Shown: positions 13,760-28,700 of the stretch, in pieces
Numbering within the stretch: position 1 is the stretch's first letter
Layout: each line of letters begins with the position of its first letter
Assembly: GCA_965153285.1 (NCBI GenBank)
Contig: OZ229112.1
Origin: Podarcis tiliguerta
Lineage: Eukaryota
Length of the DNA stretch: 64,000 nt
Reading direction: 5' to 3' (one strand)
The notes under the pieces: model-generated
The model's input: the letters and a program-made list of their open reading frames with translations, nothing else
Database searches by the model: none
What the model was told of the DNA's origin: nothing
Program-made: the position numbers and the translations under genes

Positions 13760-16700
13760 CATGATTTTGAATTTGCCAGAAATAGGAGGTTCAAGTCTAC
13801 AACAAGCAGGCACAAATAGAGTTTCAGCCTTAGAAAGATATGCAGATCTGGTGGGTTTTGCCCACCTTCCTTGTCTTGGCATTGATACAAATCAGACAAG
13901 AAACAGGAAGCTGTCCTAGGAGGGTCACAACTTTGCGCTTTGCAGAAGCTCCATTTCAAAATTTCCCATGGGAAAGTACCCAGGGCTACTATAGTCTGCT
14001 TAGCCTCGGCTAAGTTACCTCTCACTCAAAAATGAGAACCTCCTTCTTGCAGAGGGCTGCTGCGAGGATGAATGAGCTACGGAAATAATGTTGCTTTGAG
14101 CTACTCTTTGGCTTAGAAGCTGGTCAAGTCTAACTACCACATGGGTGTGGGCTTAAAAGCCTTCTCAAAAGTAAAGACTCCTGCTAGCTTTAGAAGGCCT
14201 TACCTGGAGGGCACTCATCACCACCCGTATACTGCAAAATGACAGCTTCATCTTGATGCCGGTAGTCCATTTTCCTTTCATTTCTGTTGCCAAACGAGAC
14301 GGCACTGTTGCCTGAGACCAGGCACACTGCTGCATCTTTGCACTTTCCTTGGGGCACACCAGCAGCACCAGAACACACGCCTAGGTGGTAATTCTTGGAC
14401 CCAGCAGAGATCTGTATGGGCAAACACCATTGTTAAAGTGCAAGTAAGAGTAAATGAAAATGTTAAACATGGCTCCAATATGCTGACATCCAGAAGACTG
14501 GGAGCAGAAACAGAGCACAGTGTTACTGTCATCTTGGTTTGTCTAGTTGCTTAAGAGAGAAAACAAGAAGGAGCACCGTGAAGGCTGCCATGGGAAATAT
14601 TTACTTTGGCTGCTGCTTGCAAACAGATGGTGGTCTCAATTTCAACAAGCAGTAAAACTTCAAGAGCGTAAGAGCCCTGCAGAATCAGAACAACAGGTCC
14701 ACCTAGCCAAGCATCCTGAACTCATGCTGGTGAGGCCTTTGGGAAGCCAAAAAGCAGGACATGGATGCCAACAGCCCTCTCCCGCATGCGTCCCCCACCA
14801 ACAGAGGCATGCTTCAAAAATAAATACTACTGGAACCACTCAAATACTAACTTGTCAGTCTCCCCCACACAACCCTATTGTTCCATGTAACCATTGTTTA
14901 CAAAAAGCTTTGGGTCTTCCCCTGAAAAAAACCCTGAATATTCCAACCCTGAATATTCTGGAAGAATTGTATTATTAGTCCACACTGTGAGATCACCTAG
15001 GGAAACACCCCACGAAACACCATCGCTTGAACTTTCAAAAGCCTTCAGAACCAAATAGATGCAAGTTATACCTTCCCCCCCCCCAAAGGAGATGGGGGCA
15101 AATCAAGTGCAGTGGAATTCGCAGCAGCACAACTGGATACTTTTGGGGAAGGGGAATAACCAAAGCTGGCATATGGCAACTGAGCTGGAGAGGCTGAGGA
15201 TTAAACCTGGGACCTGACACATGTAAAACACATGCCCTGCCGCTGAGCTACAATCCATCGCTTAGCACAAAGCTTGAACCAACCCCTTTCCCCCCGCCAT
15301 GATAGAAACAAGGTTCCAGTTCAAAGCATCCAGCTCCCTCATTAGCCACAGCACCTAAAGTTTGCAGCACATCACCTGGTAAGGCTTTGCAGAAAGTCTG
15401 GATAGGTTGAAAGTGTAGTGCAGCTGCTCATCAGCCACCGAGCAGCCCGAGACGTCCACTTTATCAGGGCAAACAACTGGAGTGCTCCATTCGAATATGT
15501 ATTCGCAGGTGGACTGCCCTATCATTTTTGGCTTCCCCTGTCACCAAAACACAAACAAGAGAAAACAGAAAATTGTTTAGGCTTGGCTTACTGCAACCTT
15601 CTGATTTAGGAATCTGATACTCAAGAGCAAACTTTGGGTTAGCACTGTGATTCGTCGGATCAAAACAAACCATGGTTCGGGTGCAACACTAAGCCTGTGA
15701 TTATGATTGGTTGCTCCTGCGCATGCCAGAGACAGCTGTGTGTTCACGGTAAGCCACTATGATGTGCAAACGCTGCCAGTGAAATTAATCCCATTGCATT
15801 CAGTCTGTTGTAAGGTATATATTCATTTCTTCATCTGGACAAGTGCTGGGTAAGGTTGTAGGTAGCTAATAAAAAGCTGATCTGCCAACATTATTCCTCT
15901 CCACCGCTACCCCCTTATGGTGTTTTAGACAATGGCTCTGACTTCCGAGGCCCATTCTTATGTAACCCAAACAGATGCTTCCCATGTACTCTGGTAGTGC
16001 AAGAAGCCAGAGGTGATATGGGAGGCATCAGTGATGGACTTTGCAGGAGTGAGTGGATAAATCAACTCTCCCCCATGTGATTAAGGTTCACAGGGTAACT
16101 GAGTAGCACTAGAAATCTCATCCTGCAGAAACTCTTGTGCCAATGAGGCAGAATACAAATGCCCTTTCTCCCCCAAGGTTTGTGCTGTCTACATGGAGAA
16201 TCGCTTTTTAAACTGTTTGATTTTCTATCTATTTTAAAGTGGAAACATGCCATGCACCTATGCTCAGACTTAGACCCATTAAGCAGAAGAATTTACCTCT
16301 GTGATGTGGGGCTTGATAGAACATTATGGACCCAGTGTTCCTGCTGTCTGCGTAATTTGCTGTCAGCATCCCTCATTAAATTCACATTAGAATCATCAAG
16401 ACATTTTTAAAAAGCAGGAACAGCCTTTGAAGCTAACAGCACACATCTGCCAAGGCTTGCAACATTTTCAAATGTACACGGAGATGTAAAAAATACATTA
16501 AAGGCCAGGTGTTCTGACTGTATGTAATTTATATGCATGCATGGAACCAGCTAAGCAACACACACACACACAGATTCTAAGAATCCCAGCTTTCCATTCA
16601 AGATCTTGTGAAGAAAATCTAGCAAATACTCAATACCTTCCACACCCCAAGAAAACTGGCAATGCCTTGCACATCTCCCTGCTCTTCTCCAGTAGCAGCT

Positions 16701-19700
16701 ACTCCATTCCTTAACCCCCACCCTAAACTTTCATGCCCTTCCTATTGCCCATTGCTCAACAAAAAATTGGACCACAAAAAGCTTTGGACACCTGGATTTT
16801 GGAAGAGCAGCATCTTATATAAGCTTCCTGTTTTCAGAATTCAAGTCTACATTCAAAATCTGCAATGGTGACCTAGTTATAGAGTTTAGAAATAACTAGC
16901 ATCCTCTATGGTTGAGAGTTCATCAGAAGTATTATTTGGGTGAGTTGAGGGTCAAAGATGGTCAGAGGCAAAATACGTATTTCCCGCCTCATGTCAAGGA
17001 AGATTTTAGTACTGAGTTTTGAGTTTCTGTGGGACACGAGTGTAATGCACTTTGAAAATCTCTGCAGCAGATGCACTACAGGCTCTTGTGGCACTTTGCA
17101 AATTAGCATTTGGAACAGATTTAATCATCCTTCACTCAATTCACTTTTGTCCTTTCCTCCCAAAGATTATTCTCTTCCCCACCACCACCCTTGATTCAGG
17201 CTTGGCAGTACGCAAAATAAGATGACCATTACCAGATCTGTCCCTCTGCTGCAATGGAACACAATGAGAGAAGAATACTTGAGACTTTTATCTTCCAGAC
17301 AAGGAGTGCTACTGTTAAAAGCAATGTAAACTTCATGTGTTGCAGGGTTGAGCTTGGGAGGCGAAGTAATACGGCCAATATCCTAAATGAGAAAACACAA
17401 CAAGTTAACTTGGTTGTGACACTTTCACACGAAGCACTGGCATGATTTTCCAGTAGTGCCAGTGAGCACCAAGACAAGATGCACAAAAAACCAAGAGAAG
17501 ATTCCATTTCACATGGGGAATGGCAATGAACACTGGAAACTGCAAGAGCAGCTTCACAAGTAATGTGGAACAAGGCGGCAGTGTTCTTGGGTTGTACAGT
17601 GATGGTAGACTAAAGGCAAGGTACTGGATTTTTGAAGGCAGCCTCACATTGAAAAAACAGAGAAGTTAATTTCAACGTTCTTACAGATGGCCTAACGGTG
17701 GGCCATTCAACAACGCACTTCCCCTACCTGCAGCCTGAAGGGAAACAGCCCAGAATTCTTCCACCTCATCCCGCATGACAAACAGAACAGCTATTAGTGT
17801 CCCTCTTTATATGAGAGGCGAGGCGGCTAATTTAATGTAGTACTCATGGTTGTCCCATCTTACTGTCTTTGGTCTGCTGCCTTCCTCCAGTGTCAAAGAC
17901 GGAAAAGCAAGGAGCATAAGCACCTTTAGAAAGACAGTTAGGACCAAGAAGTCTGCATTTTGGTACTGCAAAAAGGCAACAGAACTAGCACAACTCTCTG
18001 AGGCTTCCACACATGGCCCTAGAATCCAAAGCTCCTTTGTGTCAGGCTGGGGAGGGGGAGTTTGAGTTGAGCAGGTGTCCCTGCACCAGGCGCTGCCAGT
18101 CTCTGCGGGCTACAGCCTGCAGAGTGATGCCAGCATTGCTCCTTAGGCACAAAGTTCCCCATTCTGCTCACTGAACAGGCAGGCAGGCGGAAGTGCCACC
18201 ATAAGGTGCTCCACTAGCAGCAGCCGATGCAAAGCCCCAAGAGGCTGGCTTTGTGGGAGAGGAAGGCACTGAGCTTGCCGAGGTCCCACTAGATTTGCCT
18301 GCCCCCACCAACCTTCTACCCTGGTTGGTGTGAGCAGCAGGGCTGTGGGCCCACCGCTCTGTTAGTCCCTGCCAGAATTTCAACTGCAGCCTTAGGACAG
18401 CACCCAACAGAACGTTGATCATTATAAAACAATCTGGCAAAATAAAAACATTTCCACATCTTATTTCAGACTTTCCACATTGCTTGGGTTGTAATACAAT
18501 TCAATGTTGCCCATTTGCCTAATTTTTATGGCATTTTTTTTTTCCTTTTAAAGCAGACACCACACTCTCCCACAGACCACATCACAAATTGATTTTGGAA
18601 CACATATTTTGTCTTGAAATAGGTTTGCCATGAGATGTGTGGATCTGTCGCTCAAAAAATAGCCCCAAAGCCTTGAGTACAAGTAAAAAGTTATGCACTT
18701 CTTTGGATACAGACCATGATTTGGTAAGCAGCCACTTCTGGACAGTGCCCCCCCACCCTCGGATTGTGAGGGTGGGAGAAGGAAGAATGTACAAAGAGAT
18801 CCCTCTTTCCGCAGTGGTTCAGACCACATGCAGTTATAACAATAGTCACCATGCAGAATCAGTGACTTGTCCAGAGAGAGGCGACCCTCAATTAACCATA
18901 AGCCAACACACTGGTTATGAATTACGAAAACACTAACACATTTGTTAAGAGGATTGTTTGATACATAGGGTTAACTTACTATAGGAGGACCAGTAACTGG
19001 AACCATGCAGACAGCTGCTCCAGGTGGGCAGTTGACATCTTTGATGGAATTCAACGGGCGGCAAATATTTATATAGAAATCTGGAGTAAGGTCAGAGGAA
19101 TCATCAAACGTCTCATCAAATGCCTCATAGGAGCCCGTCCGATGTATCAAAGGAGAGAGGTCAATTATTGTGCTGCCATTCGTAACTGAGCATTCCACCT
19201 GTTTGCAGTGGGAGGAAGTTCCACAAATCAGCACTTGCAGCTACTATTCCCCAAATGTCAACAAGAAAAAACGAAATCTAATTTATCAGGGTATGTTCTT
19301 TTCTTAGTGCTCCCCACCCCCCTCTACTGCACTGCAAGCCAAGGTGTTCATTTGATCATGTGTTCAATCTGACCCCATCCCACCCTGAATCTCCCTTCAG
19401 TCTCTTTGTACTTCTCCAGCAGAGGTCACTTCTGTCTTGGTCCTGGATACACTTGATTGAAAGCAAATACCAGTGAAATGACACATGTTCCTGGGCTGAG
19501 CCATAGGAACAAGAAGATCAACTTTGCAGTTTATTTATTGGTCAAGGCAATAACAGCTAAAGGCCTTGATTAGCCTCTCCCTTCTTGACATTTCTGCTTC
19601 ACAGCAGTTGCTGATGCTTTGAGAGCACTGCTAAGTTGTCCAACACACAGTGATATATTAATCTCAATGGAAAAAGAGGTCTCCATTGACCTACCGTTGG

Positions 19701-22700
19701 GATTCTTCTTCTCTTGACCGTTACTCACAACACGGAGCTCTGGAATTGACATAATGCTACCCAGTGTCAAGGAACTGCACTGTGGGACTGTGAACTCCTT
19801 CACCCCCTCTTTCCTACTCCCTTGCATGCAAATTTGCTCTGCCCTCCATGCCTGGGGTGGAGGGGGGTTGTGACTGACCATTAATGATTTGGTTAAGTTT
19901 AATATGAATTCCGTTCCAGATATCCTGTGGATATCTACTGTTCCCTTAATCAAATGTAGAATTATGCCTGCACTGTACCAGAGTTATTGGCAAGAACTGC
20001 ATTGTTTGGCAGGACTTTCAACTTCTCATCTGGCAACACAATTATACTGCCTCTGTTCTACTGTTACCTAAACAGAACACATCTATTCCTAAACAAAACA
20101 AAACCAAAAAGCCACCAGCTACCCCCTTCAACAAAAAAGAACAAGATACCACAAATTTTATGGATCTGAGAATTTTGTATTGCCTCCTCAAAAACACACA
20201 AAACCAACATCTGAAACTGGAGCATTTAAACGTGTGCCTTTTCAAGCTTAAAAATATTGCTTGCAGGTATTGTTGTTACTTTGACATTTTAGGTAACAGG
20301 AGCTTGATGAAATTGCCAATTCACTTACCGGACTCTCTTCTTCACAAGCTAAAGCCGTATGCCAAGAGAAATAATAGGCACATGCCGCCTCATCGAAGGA
20401 GACAAGGAAGGGCTGGCTACCTGGCCCAGCATCAGGCCTGCACACAAAGCTGAAATAGCTTGTATACTTCAGTTTAGGATTTGCAGGGCAGGGCTCTCCT
20501 CCGCTGTAGCTAAGTTTCAAAACTCCATCTTCATAAGTTAATGCTTTGGTCAGTCTTCCAGCACTGACTGGTTGCTGATGGCCACCAGTGACACAGACAC
20601 CTATTAACAAGTTTAGAAGTGCAATGGGTGGGTTATGACGGAAGGAAGCTTGAGTTGAGCAGCTGCGCAATCCACTCCTTGGGCTGTTATATTTCAACAG
20701 AACTGAGAGGGGTTACATTAGTTACACCAAGTAGTTGAGAACTTTGAGGACTTCGCTCAGAAAAAGGAGGGTGTGAAAAGCACTCGTTCTTAGAACACTG
20801 GGTTAAAATTGTTTGTTGACTCACTAGGCAGCCTTAACACAGTCACTTGCGCTCAAGCTCAGTTCCCAATTTATAAAATGGGAAGAACTGTGACCTACAT
20901 CCAGTTTGTGCAAGAAAATAATAGAATTCAATGTTAGCATTTTTAATTAGGTGAGATTAGATGATTCACTGGGCCACTTCCCACATGCTGCAGGGCATGA
21001 TCCTGCACTTCCTCCTCTATGCACCCAGCATTTCCATCCTACCAACAGTGGCAGCAGCCATTCAAGTGTGCCTGCAAAATCCCAGTCTGTATAGGCCCAA
21101 ATCCCAGTTGACATGCCAGATGAAGTGTGCAATCTGATCAAGAATCTTATACCCATATGCATGGAGAGCCAGTCACATTAGAGGTGGCACTGGTACACAG
21201 GGTAGGCAGGAAGGAGAGCAGTACAGGGGAAAAGCTATTTCCAATTAAAGTAGTAGAATTGCTGGTTGGATTTAGCCTGGTTATAAGTACAGGGACTGTT
21301 TCATGAGAACTCCACAGAACTTCCATGAGCTCCACTGAACACATTGCTGATATGTCCAGGCTTACCAACTCCACTGCCACAGGGACCTCTGGCTTCATCA
21401 CACACACTCAGTCGCAATGTTCTCTGGTTCCTGTAATCAGGGACAGTATAACCATCCTGCCTCTTTAAAGAATTAAGGTCAAAGAGATGGCCTGCAAGAA
21501 AAGGGAGGGGGGGGGGAGAGGATAATTTAGCTTTTTAGCTTCCCTGCAGAGAGCAATTGAGATTTTTGTTTACCCAAGGAGTAGACCTTGGTGATACTTT
21601 AAATCACAAGATGACCATCAACTCAGATTGCTTTCAAAGGGGATTAGAGAAGTTCATGGAGGAAATTGTCCTTCTGACTATGTATTACCTCTAGGATTAG
21701 AATACCAGTTGTGGGGAAACACAAATTGGGTGAATGCTGCTATTGGGTATCCTTGTGCGCCCCTAGCTGGGCACTGTCAACCAGGATGCTGCACCATATG
21801 GGCCTTTGATCTGATAAAGCAGCACTCTTGTGTACTTAGACATACACTTAGGAATATGAACAGGCACATGACCCATACAGGTACATGCACCAGAGATATG
21901 TGATTGGTTGCAGCACCTTGCTGTGTGCATGCATACACACTAAAGGGAGGTTTACCCAGTGTTGCGTGTGAAGCGGCCCATAAAATGAGGTAGCAACCAC
22001 TCTCCCTCGATTACAGACAATCCACAAATAAATGTGACATTATTGGTAGCTTATGTTGTTTGCCCTCACAAAAGGATTTGTGTGTTCTGTTTCATATAAC
22101 CTTCTGTCCTATTGGTGGATATTTGGGCATCTTGTTTTTTCTTCCACAGAATAAATAGCTGTACCTTGTACAATTGCACTGTAGCCCCAATGCAACCTTC
22201 CACTTGCATTTTATGGGTGCATTCCCTGTGATAAAACAGGAATGACATTTACCTGCAAGATTCAGGAGTTAGGGAAGGGCTCTTGCTTTACATGGCTCAA
22301 TCCCAGGCATAATCCTTAGCATATTCAGGTGGGGCTGGGAAAACTCCATCTGAAACCCTAGAGAGCTGCTGCCAGCCAGTGTTGACAATACTGAGCTGGA
22401 TGGGCAGCCTGCCTGCCTCAGTATAAGGCAGCTTTCTATGTTCCACCAATGGACATGAGCAAGAACGAGTAACTATCACTAGGGTGTAGGAGGCTGCTCC
22501 CTTCAGATTAGCCTGGGATCTCCCAAGATGGTTATTTGAGAGTCCTAAGTCCACTATTGCTCTCTCCCATGGAAGAACGATTAGAGGTTGATTCCGGTTA
22601 CAGCTACCCCAGCCAGGCCCACGTGTGTGTCAAAGGCTTACCTGTAAGAGGGTTGGATACTGTGCAATTGTTGTGCACGTTGGTTTTCAGAGGACACGCA

Positions 22701-25700
22701 GCAGCCGTGAACCATATAAAAGTATATTCACAATCCTCAATGGCTGTTATAAGTTCAGGCTTGGAATCCTGGACGAAAACGGATATCAAAAAGTCAACAT
22801 CTGCAAAACTTCTGCGCTGGGGTACTGACAATATTTCTTGCAGCACACTTTACCCTTTTGGGGGGAGGCAGCTGGAATGTTGACCCCTGGTAGCAGCCTA
22901 CCTTCCCTTCAGAAGATCTTAGCAAAGTTATTGTGGCCCAAAGACCCAAAAGTATAAATCCCCTTGGACATCCATCAGTTTAAGCTTCTGTTATAAAACC
23001 CTCATCACCACCCAAGATTAATCTGGACCACACACTGTTTGTTTCCTTTCCAGGGAACTACTCTGCGACGAGTTCCGCAGGGCAGCACAGTTACTGCCTC
23101 GTCCTGCCAAGTGTTTTGTTACCCACAGCTGCAGATTTGGGGGTAAATTTGTCATCTGCATGCTATCTAAGATTCCAATCCAATCCCATGGTACATTATT
23201 ACCCCCAGGAACCTATGCAATGGCGCTTCACATGGGGGGGGGGGCGAGGAGAGACATAAAAAATCCAACCTACTTAGGCATACTTACAACTGCATTTTCG
23301 TCACACTTGAAGCGGATTATTGTAGACTTCTTCCTGATCTGGTCTGGACACTTCTCACCATTGATGTATTTAATAACAAAAATGCCATTTTGCCATTGGA
23401 TTCCCTCAGACACCTCACCCAAGTTTATATACTTGGACCCATCCATTAGGCAGGCTGCAGAATCCGGTGAACAGAAATCTATGTTTGGCACCAGAAAAGA
23501 GGGTGGGGAAGAGAAAATAAAGGGTTTAGCGTTGCCTGGTAGCCTACCCCACATTCTCTGGGTGATGGTGTTTTGGCACAAATAACATATTCAAGAAATG
23601 CTACCAAAAAACTTTTTGAGTCGATTCAAGCACACGCTTCTGAGGTGGGTACACGACTTCAACTTACCATATTTTTTGCTCTATAAGACTCACTTTTTCC
23701 CTCCTAAAAAGTAAGGGGAAATGTGTGTGCGTCTTATGGAGTGAATGCTGGCTGCACAGCTATCCCAGAAGCCAGAACAGCAAGAGGGATTGCTGCTTTC
23801 ACTGCGCAGCGATCCCTCTTGCTGTTCTGGCTTCTGAGATTCAGAATATTTTTTTTCTTGTTTTCCTCCTCCAAAAACTAGGTGCGTCTTGTGGTCTGGT
23901 GCGTCTTATAGAGCGAAAAGTACGGTAATTCAGGGAAAAGTTGAGGCTTCTGAATGGGCAAAGTCTATATTATTTTTCAGAAATTATTTCGACATTATTT
24001 TTCAGGACCACAATACCTCATGGACCACTTCTCCCAAAATGAACCACCCTGAGATCACCATCTGAGGCTCTTCTTTGTGTGCCTCCTCCATGAGAGGTCT
24101 GGACGGTAGCAACATGATAACAAGCCTTTTCTGCGATGGCTCCCCATTTGTGGAATGCTCTCCCCAGGAAAGTTCACCTGGCACCCTCATTACATATCTT
24201 TGGGCACCAGGCAAAAACGTTCCTCTTCTCCCAGGCTTTTGGCTAATTAAACTATCTATGGCCTTTAAAAGGGGGTGTGGGGGTGTTACTATGTTATGTA
24301 TTTTTGTGTTTTTATATTGTAAACCACCCTGTGATCCTCGGATGAAGGGCATTATAGAAATTTAGTTAACAACAACAACAACAAACTTGCTGGTGTGCCA
24401 GCAAGGATTTGGCTCACTGGGTCAAATACCTCCCCACACAAAATTGAGACGGCATAGTTCCTGGGCAAAGAAACAACACATATAATTAGCTCTATGTGTC
24501 ATTTCTATATATACTCAGAATCAGAAAGTCTAGTAATAAAATTTAGGTTATTACCTGCCATCTTAATAGTAAGATGTTTGGGGTGTGCCAGGGAAAAATA
24601 CCTTATCACATTAACCTTCAGTTAAACAGGGAGGTATACAACATTACAGTGGTACCTCTAGTTACGGACTTGATCCGTTCCGGGGTGCCATTCGCACCCT
24701 GAAAAGTCCGCAAGTAGAGTGCCGCTTCTGCGCATGTGCGAAGTGCACAGAATGCTTCTGTGCATGCATGCATGGCGAACCCAGAAGTATACACTTCCGG
24801 GTTTGTCGTGTTCCAAGCCAAAAAGACGCAACATGAACCTAACGCAACACGAGTCATATTCAGAGCAGACCTATTGAAATAAATGGATCTATTCCCAAGT
24901 ATGTCTTGGTTTGCTGTTATTCCCAAGATAGAACACATTCCACGACTATACAAAAATAAATACCAGGGTTAGGAAAAAACATTGCAAAGAGCAATAGGAA
25001 TCAAGGACAGTGTGTTCACAATCATAGGTAGGAGCTGTTCCATTTACTACTCTTTTACCATGTAAAAAACCTATGTTCGCATTCACAGTGGGTTACAACA
25101 GTGCTTTTTAATCTCTTTTCCCACATCCAACTCATTGGACACCAATGTTCTCAGTTTCAAGGAAGCTATGTAGGTCATTCCTCCCTTGCTCCAGGGTAAT
25201 TTTTAAGACAATGAGGCAGAACTGGTACACTGTTGCACAAACAGAGAATGCTAGGAGAAGAATCAGATTACAGGCTGCTTACAGCTTTCACTTAGCCTTA
25301 AATAGGACAGAGCAGGTTTCATAACACAGCTGCAGCCATAAAAGAGTGAAGACAGCATTCACCTGCCCTCTCTACATGGAGAAGCCCAATATGAGAAACA
25401 AGATGGAGCGGGTGCACAGTGGATTGTCTTCTTCATAACACTCCAGTTCCCAATATACAGCTTATCTTGCAAGCAACATCAAATTTTGCTATGCTTTTCA
25501 CCTGGTGTCGAGGCAACAGACAGGATGCTTAGCTGTGAGGTAAGTGGGGATAAGTCTTCCCCCTCTCCTTAAGGGATCTTGGGGCTCCAGTCACTTTGCT
25601 ACAGGATCCAACACTACTGCCACACACACGTTTGGGTAGCAGCAATGGGAAGAACTTGAAATGTCAGTGGGTGTGGCTTTCCGCCTTCTAACATTTAACC

Positions 25701-28700
25701 AGCAGGCCGTCAAGGCCATGCGCTTCTAGCAGCACATGGGTTTGCGTAAATGCCTTGCTATGGTGAAGTGGTCCCCAAAAGAGCTGTGCCTCCCTTCTTT
25801 CCCACCCTGCCTTTGTTCAATCCCTCTACTTGGCCCCACTCCTGCCTGCGGGCACACGCAGCCTGCGCTGTCTCTCCAGTTCTTACCCGTTCCTCGATGT
25901 GGCACCAAAGATTTACAGACGTTAATGTAGTATTTTTGAGTAGAGTTAGTCATTGAAATGGCTTCCCAGTTCTCCTTATGCCGTGTCAGAGAGGAGAGAT
26001 CGTACGAGTTGCCGGTACTGTCTCTGCAACAGAACAAAGGACGTTTTACAGCAAAAAAGTTAACAGGAGACATCCAGCGGAGAAGCACATCAACAGCGTA
26101 AGGAGTGCCGAAAAGTGGCATCAAAATCCAAGCAAAATTTCCTGTCCTGCCACATAGCTTATCTAGCAAAACGACCACCATTCTTCTGTTAACTACTCTA
26201 GCCACACAAAAGCTTCTCAAGTATCTAGAGGTTCAGTATCTGAGAATCTGTACAACAAGATGGTCTTTTGACATACACCATCTCACCACCACCCACTTGT
26301 TAGTTGTTTCTCCTGATGGCTAGGGAACAAGAGTTCTCCCCCACTCTCCAAAAAAACCACACTGAATAGCTGCTTTAATGGCCTAGGTATCGCCATTTAA
26401 CACAGACGGGACAGGAAGCCCTAAAGAAGGGATGGGGAGGAAATAAATTTATTGTTTTGACAGGCAGGTGAAGTCAACTTACTTATAGGAGCACTCGATA
26501 GACCTGGAAGGTGGGCAGGCAAGAGGAGTGTGCCACTCAAACAAATAGGTGCAATCCTCCATTTCCTTCAGAAACACTGGCTGAGAAAAGAAAGGTAAAC
26601 CCCCCCACAACCCGTTACATACAGAAGGCGACAATACCAGTAGGGCTGAAAGCAGACAACCCTACTCCATCCGAGGTCTGGACTACGGATTATGCAAAAC
26701 AGTAACCATCTGCAAAATGGAGCTTCTGCTCCAGTGCACCATCTACATCTACTGGGGAAATGCACTGTGGTCCTATTCATACAAAAGTTTAAAACAAGAC
26801 CAAATGGATTTTAATCAGAAGGGTGAATTTGAAGTATTTTGGCTAACTTAAATAATGGATTCAAGCTCATCGCCTTGGCATGTGCTGCTTTCACACTTTA
26901 TTTATTTGCTCAGCCATTTTTACCTTTTCTTTTTAAAAAACAAACTAATTTTGTTACTAACATATTTAGCTGTCCTAACGATATTTGGTTTTTCAGTACT
27001 TTTGGCCCAGCCTACTTACCTGGTTCACATGCTGCATATAAATAAGCTCAATGAGAGCAGAATGAGGGCCTACCTGTGCAATTATGATTGGTGCCACATA
27101 AAGTCAGTGGAGAGGGAAGGGCAATGGCCATTATGGAATGAACTTGCAGATATCAAGCTCTATGCACAAAGCTACATGGTGGATGTAGTGTTCATGCAGG
27201 GCCCATCAGGTGGGCTCAGGGGCTGGGCACGCCTGTGCAACCCTGATCTCCAACTGCACATATAGCCAGCAGGGGCAGAATGTAAATCTGGGAGATGTCT
27301 CAATGATTCGCAGTAGATCAGTAAGTTCCTGATTCCCAGTTGTTTAAAAATACCAGCACAAAAATGACTCCTTTTCCTCCTCTAAATTATACAGCTGAAA
27401 TGAAGAAAGCTTGCCAGGGCCAGGGCAGGGAGGAGATAAAGAGTGGGGGTTTTTTGTGCATAGACGTATTGTGTCTCCACTCCAGTCTGGCAGGCAAAGT
27501 AAACTCCTAGGTTCAGACCATTTTTATTCAGACTATTCTTTTTCACCAGGCTCCGGAAGGTGGATCTCTAGATTCCAGTTAATTATAATAATTAAAAAAA
27601 ATAGCCCATGCAGATCCTGCAAGGGGTTTTGACAATCACATCTGAGATTAACACCCAAGTCTGCTTACCTGTGAATTACTTTCAGGATCACAATAGAACA
27701 ATATGGCTGTTGACCGCTGATATATCTTGTGGCATGTCTCCCCGTTGGTGTAGTTAATTTTGATTAATCCATTTTCGTATGTCAGCTTTGTAGTTTTCAA
27801 ACCTGAACAGTGAATTATAAAGAGTATACTAACTGAAGGCATAGGAGTTTTGTACTGTAAACATTAGCCATATAGACTAAAGTTAATTCGGCCCAGTGGG
27901 TCCCCCAATGCTGCCTTATTTTGTCAACAGTCAGCTTGCAAAGCACACTAGGGAATGACAGCTCTAAAAAGAAAAGCTTAGACTCATCCCATTTCAGTAT
28001 CTAGTTGTTTTTTTAATAGCAATTCCACCCCCACTGATGTTAAGATTGCAGATTTGTTGAAATTGGGGAGGGTGGGGGGGGGTATGCTGACCTGAGCATG
28101 ACCTGGGACATGATCTTGGCCCTTTCCCATCTCCTCTTCCCAGTGTTCCCACTATCCAACCCAGTTTCCACTCAATATACTACAGAAATGCAATGACATC
28201 TCCAGAAGGGCTCTACAGGCAGCATGACTCAACACTCTGCGCATACACAATACCTAACTTGTTTTCAGCCTGCCCAACAAGAACATAAATAGAAGTCAAA
28301 ACACATTATATAATAAAATGTATTCATATAAAAATAAAGGCGTACGTACACATGTACTTTATTTACACCCCACCCTGTGTGTTTAGTTACAGTATGCATA
28401 CATGTGCATGTCTAGCGCCTGAGTGTGCATGTGTTCATACACAGAATCTGAGCACATAACCCCACAGTGGTGCATCTGATCAGAAATTGTGGTGGAAGTA
28501 TGTGGAGGGAGGTGCCATCTCCAAACTCAACTGGGTTCTAGGTTATTTTACTAGTTCTCAACTGTGTACTTCAAGATTAAATGCTGTGGGAATAGCCCAC
28601 AACAGCCATCACAGCTACATGATGACTTAGCTGGAAATCTCAGGAGCGTCAAGAGATATTCCTTCCACTAGATAGAAATACTAGACAAATGTGTGGATTT

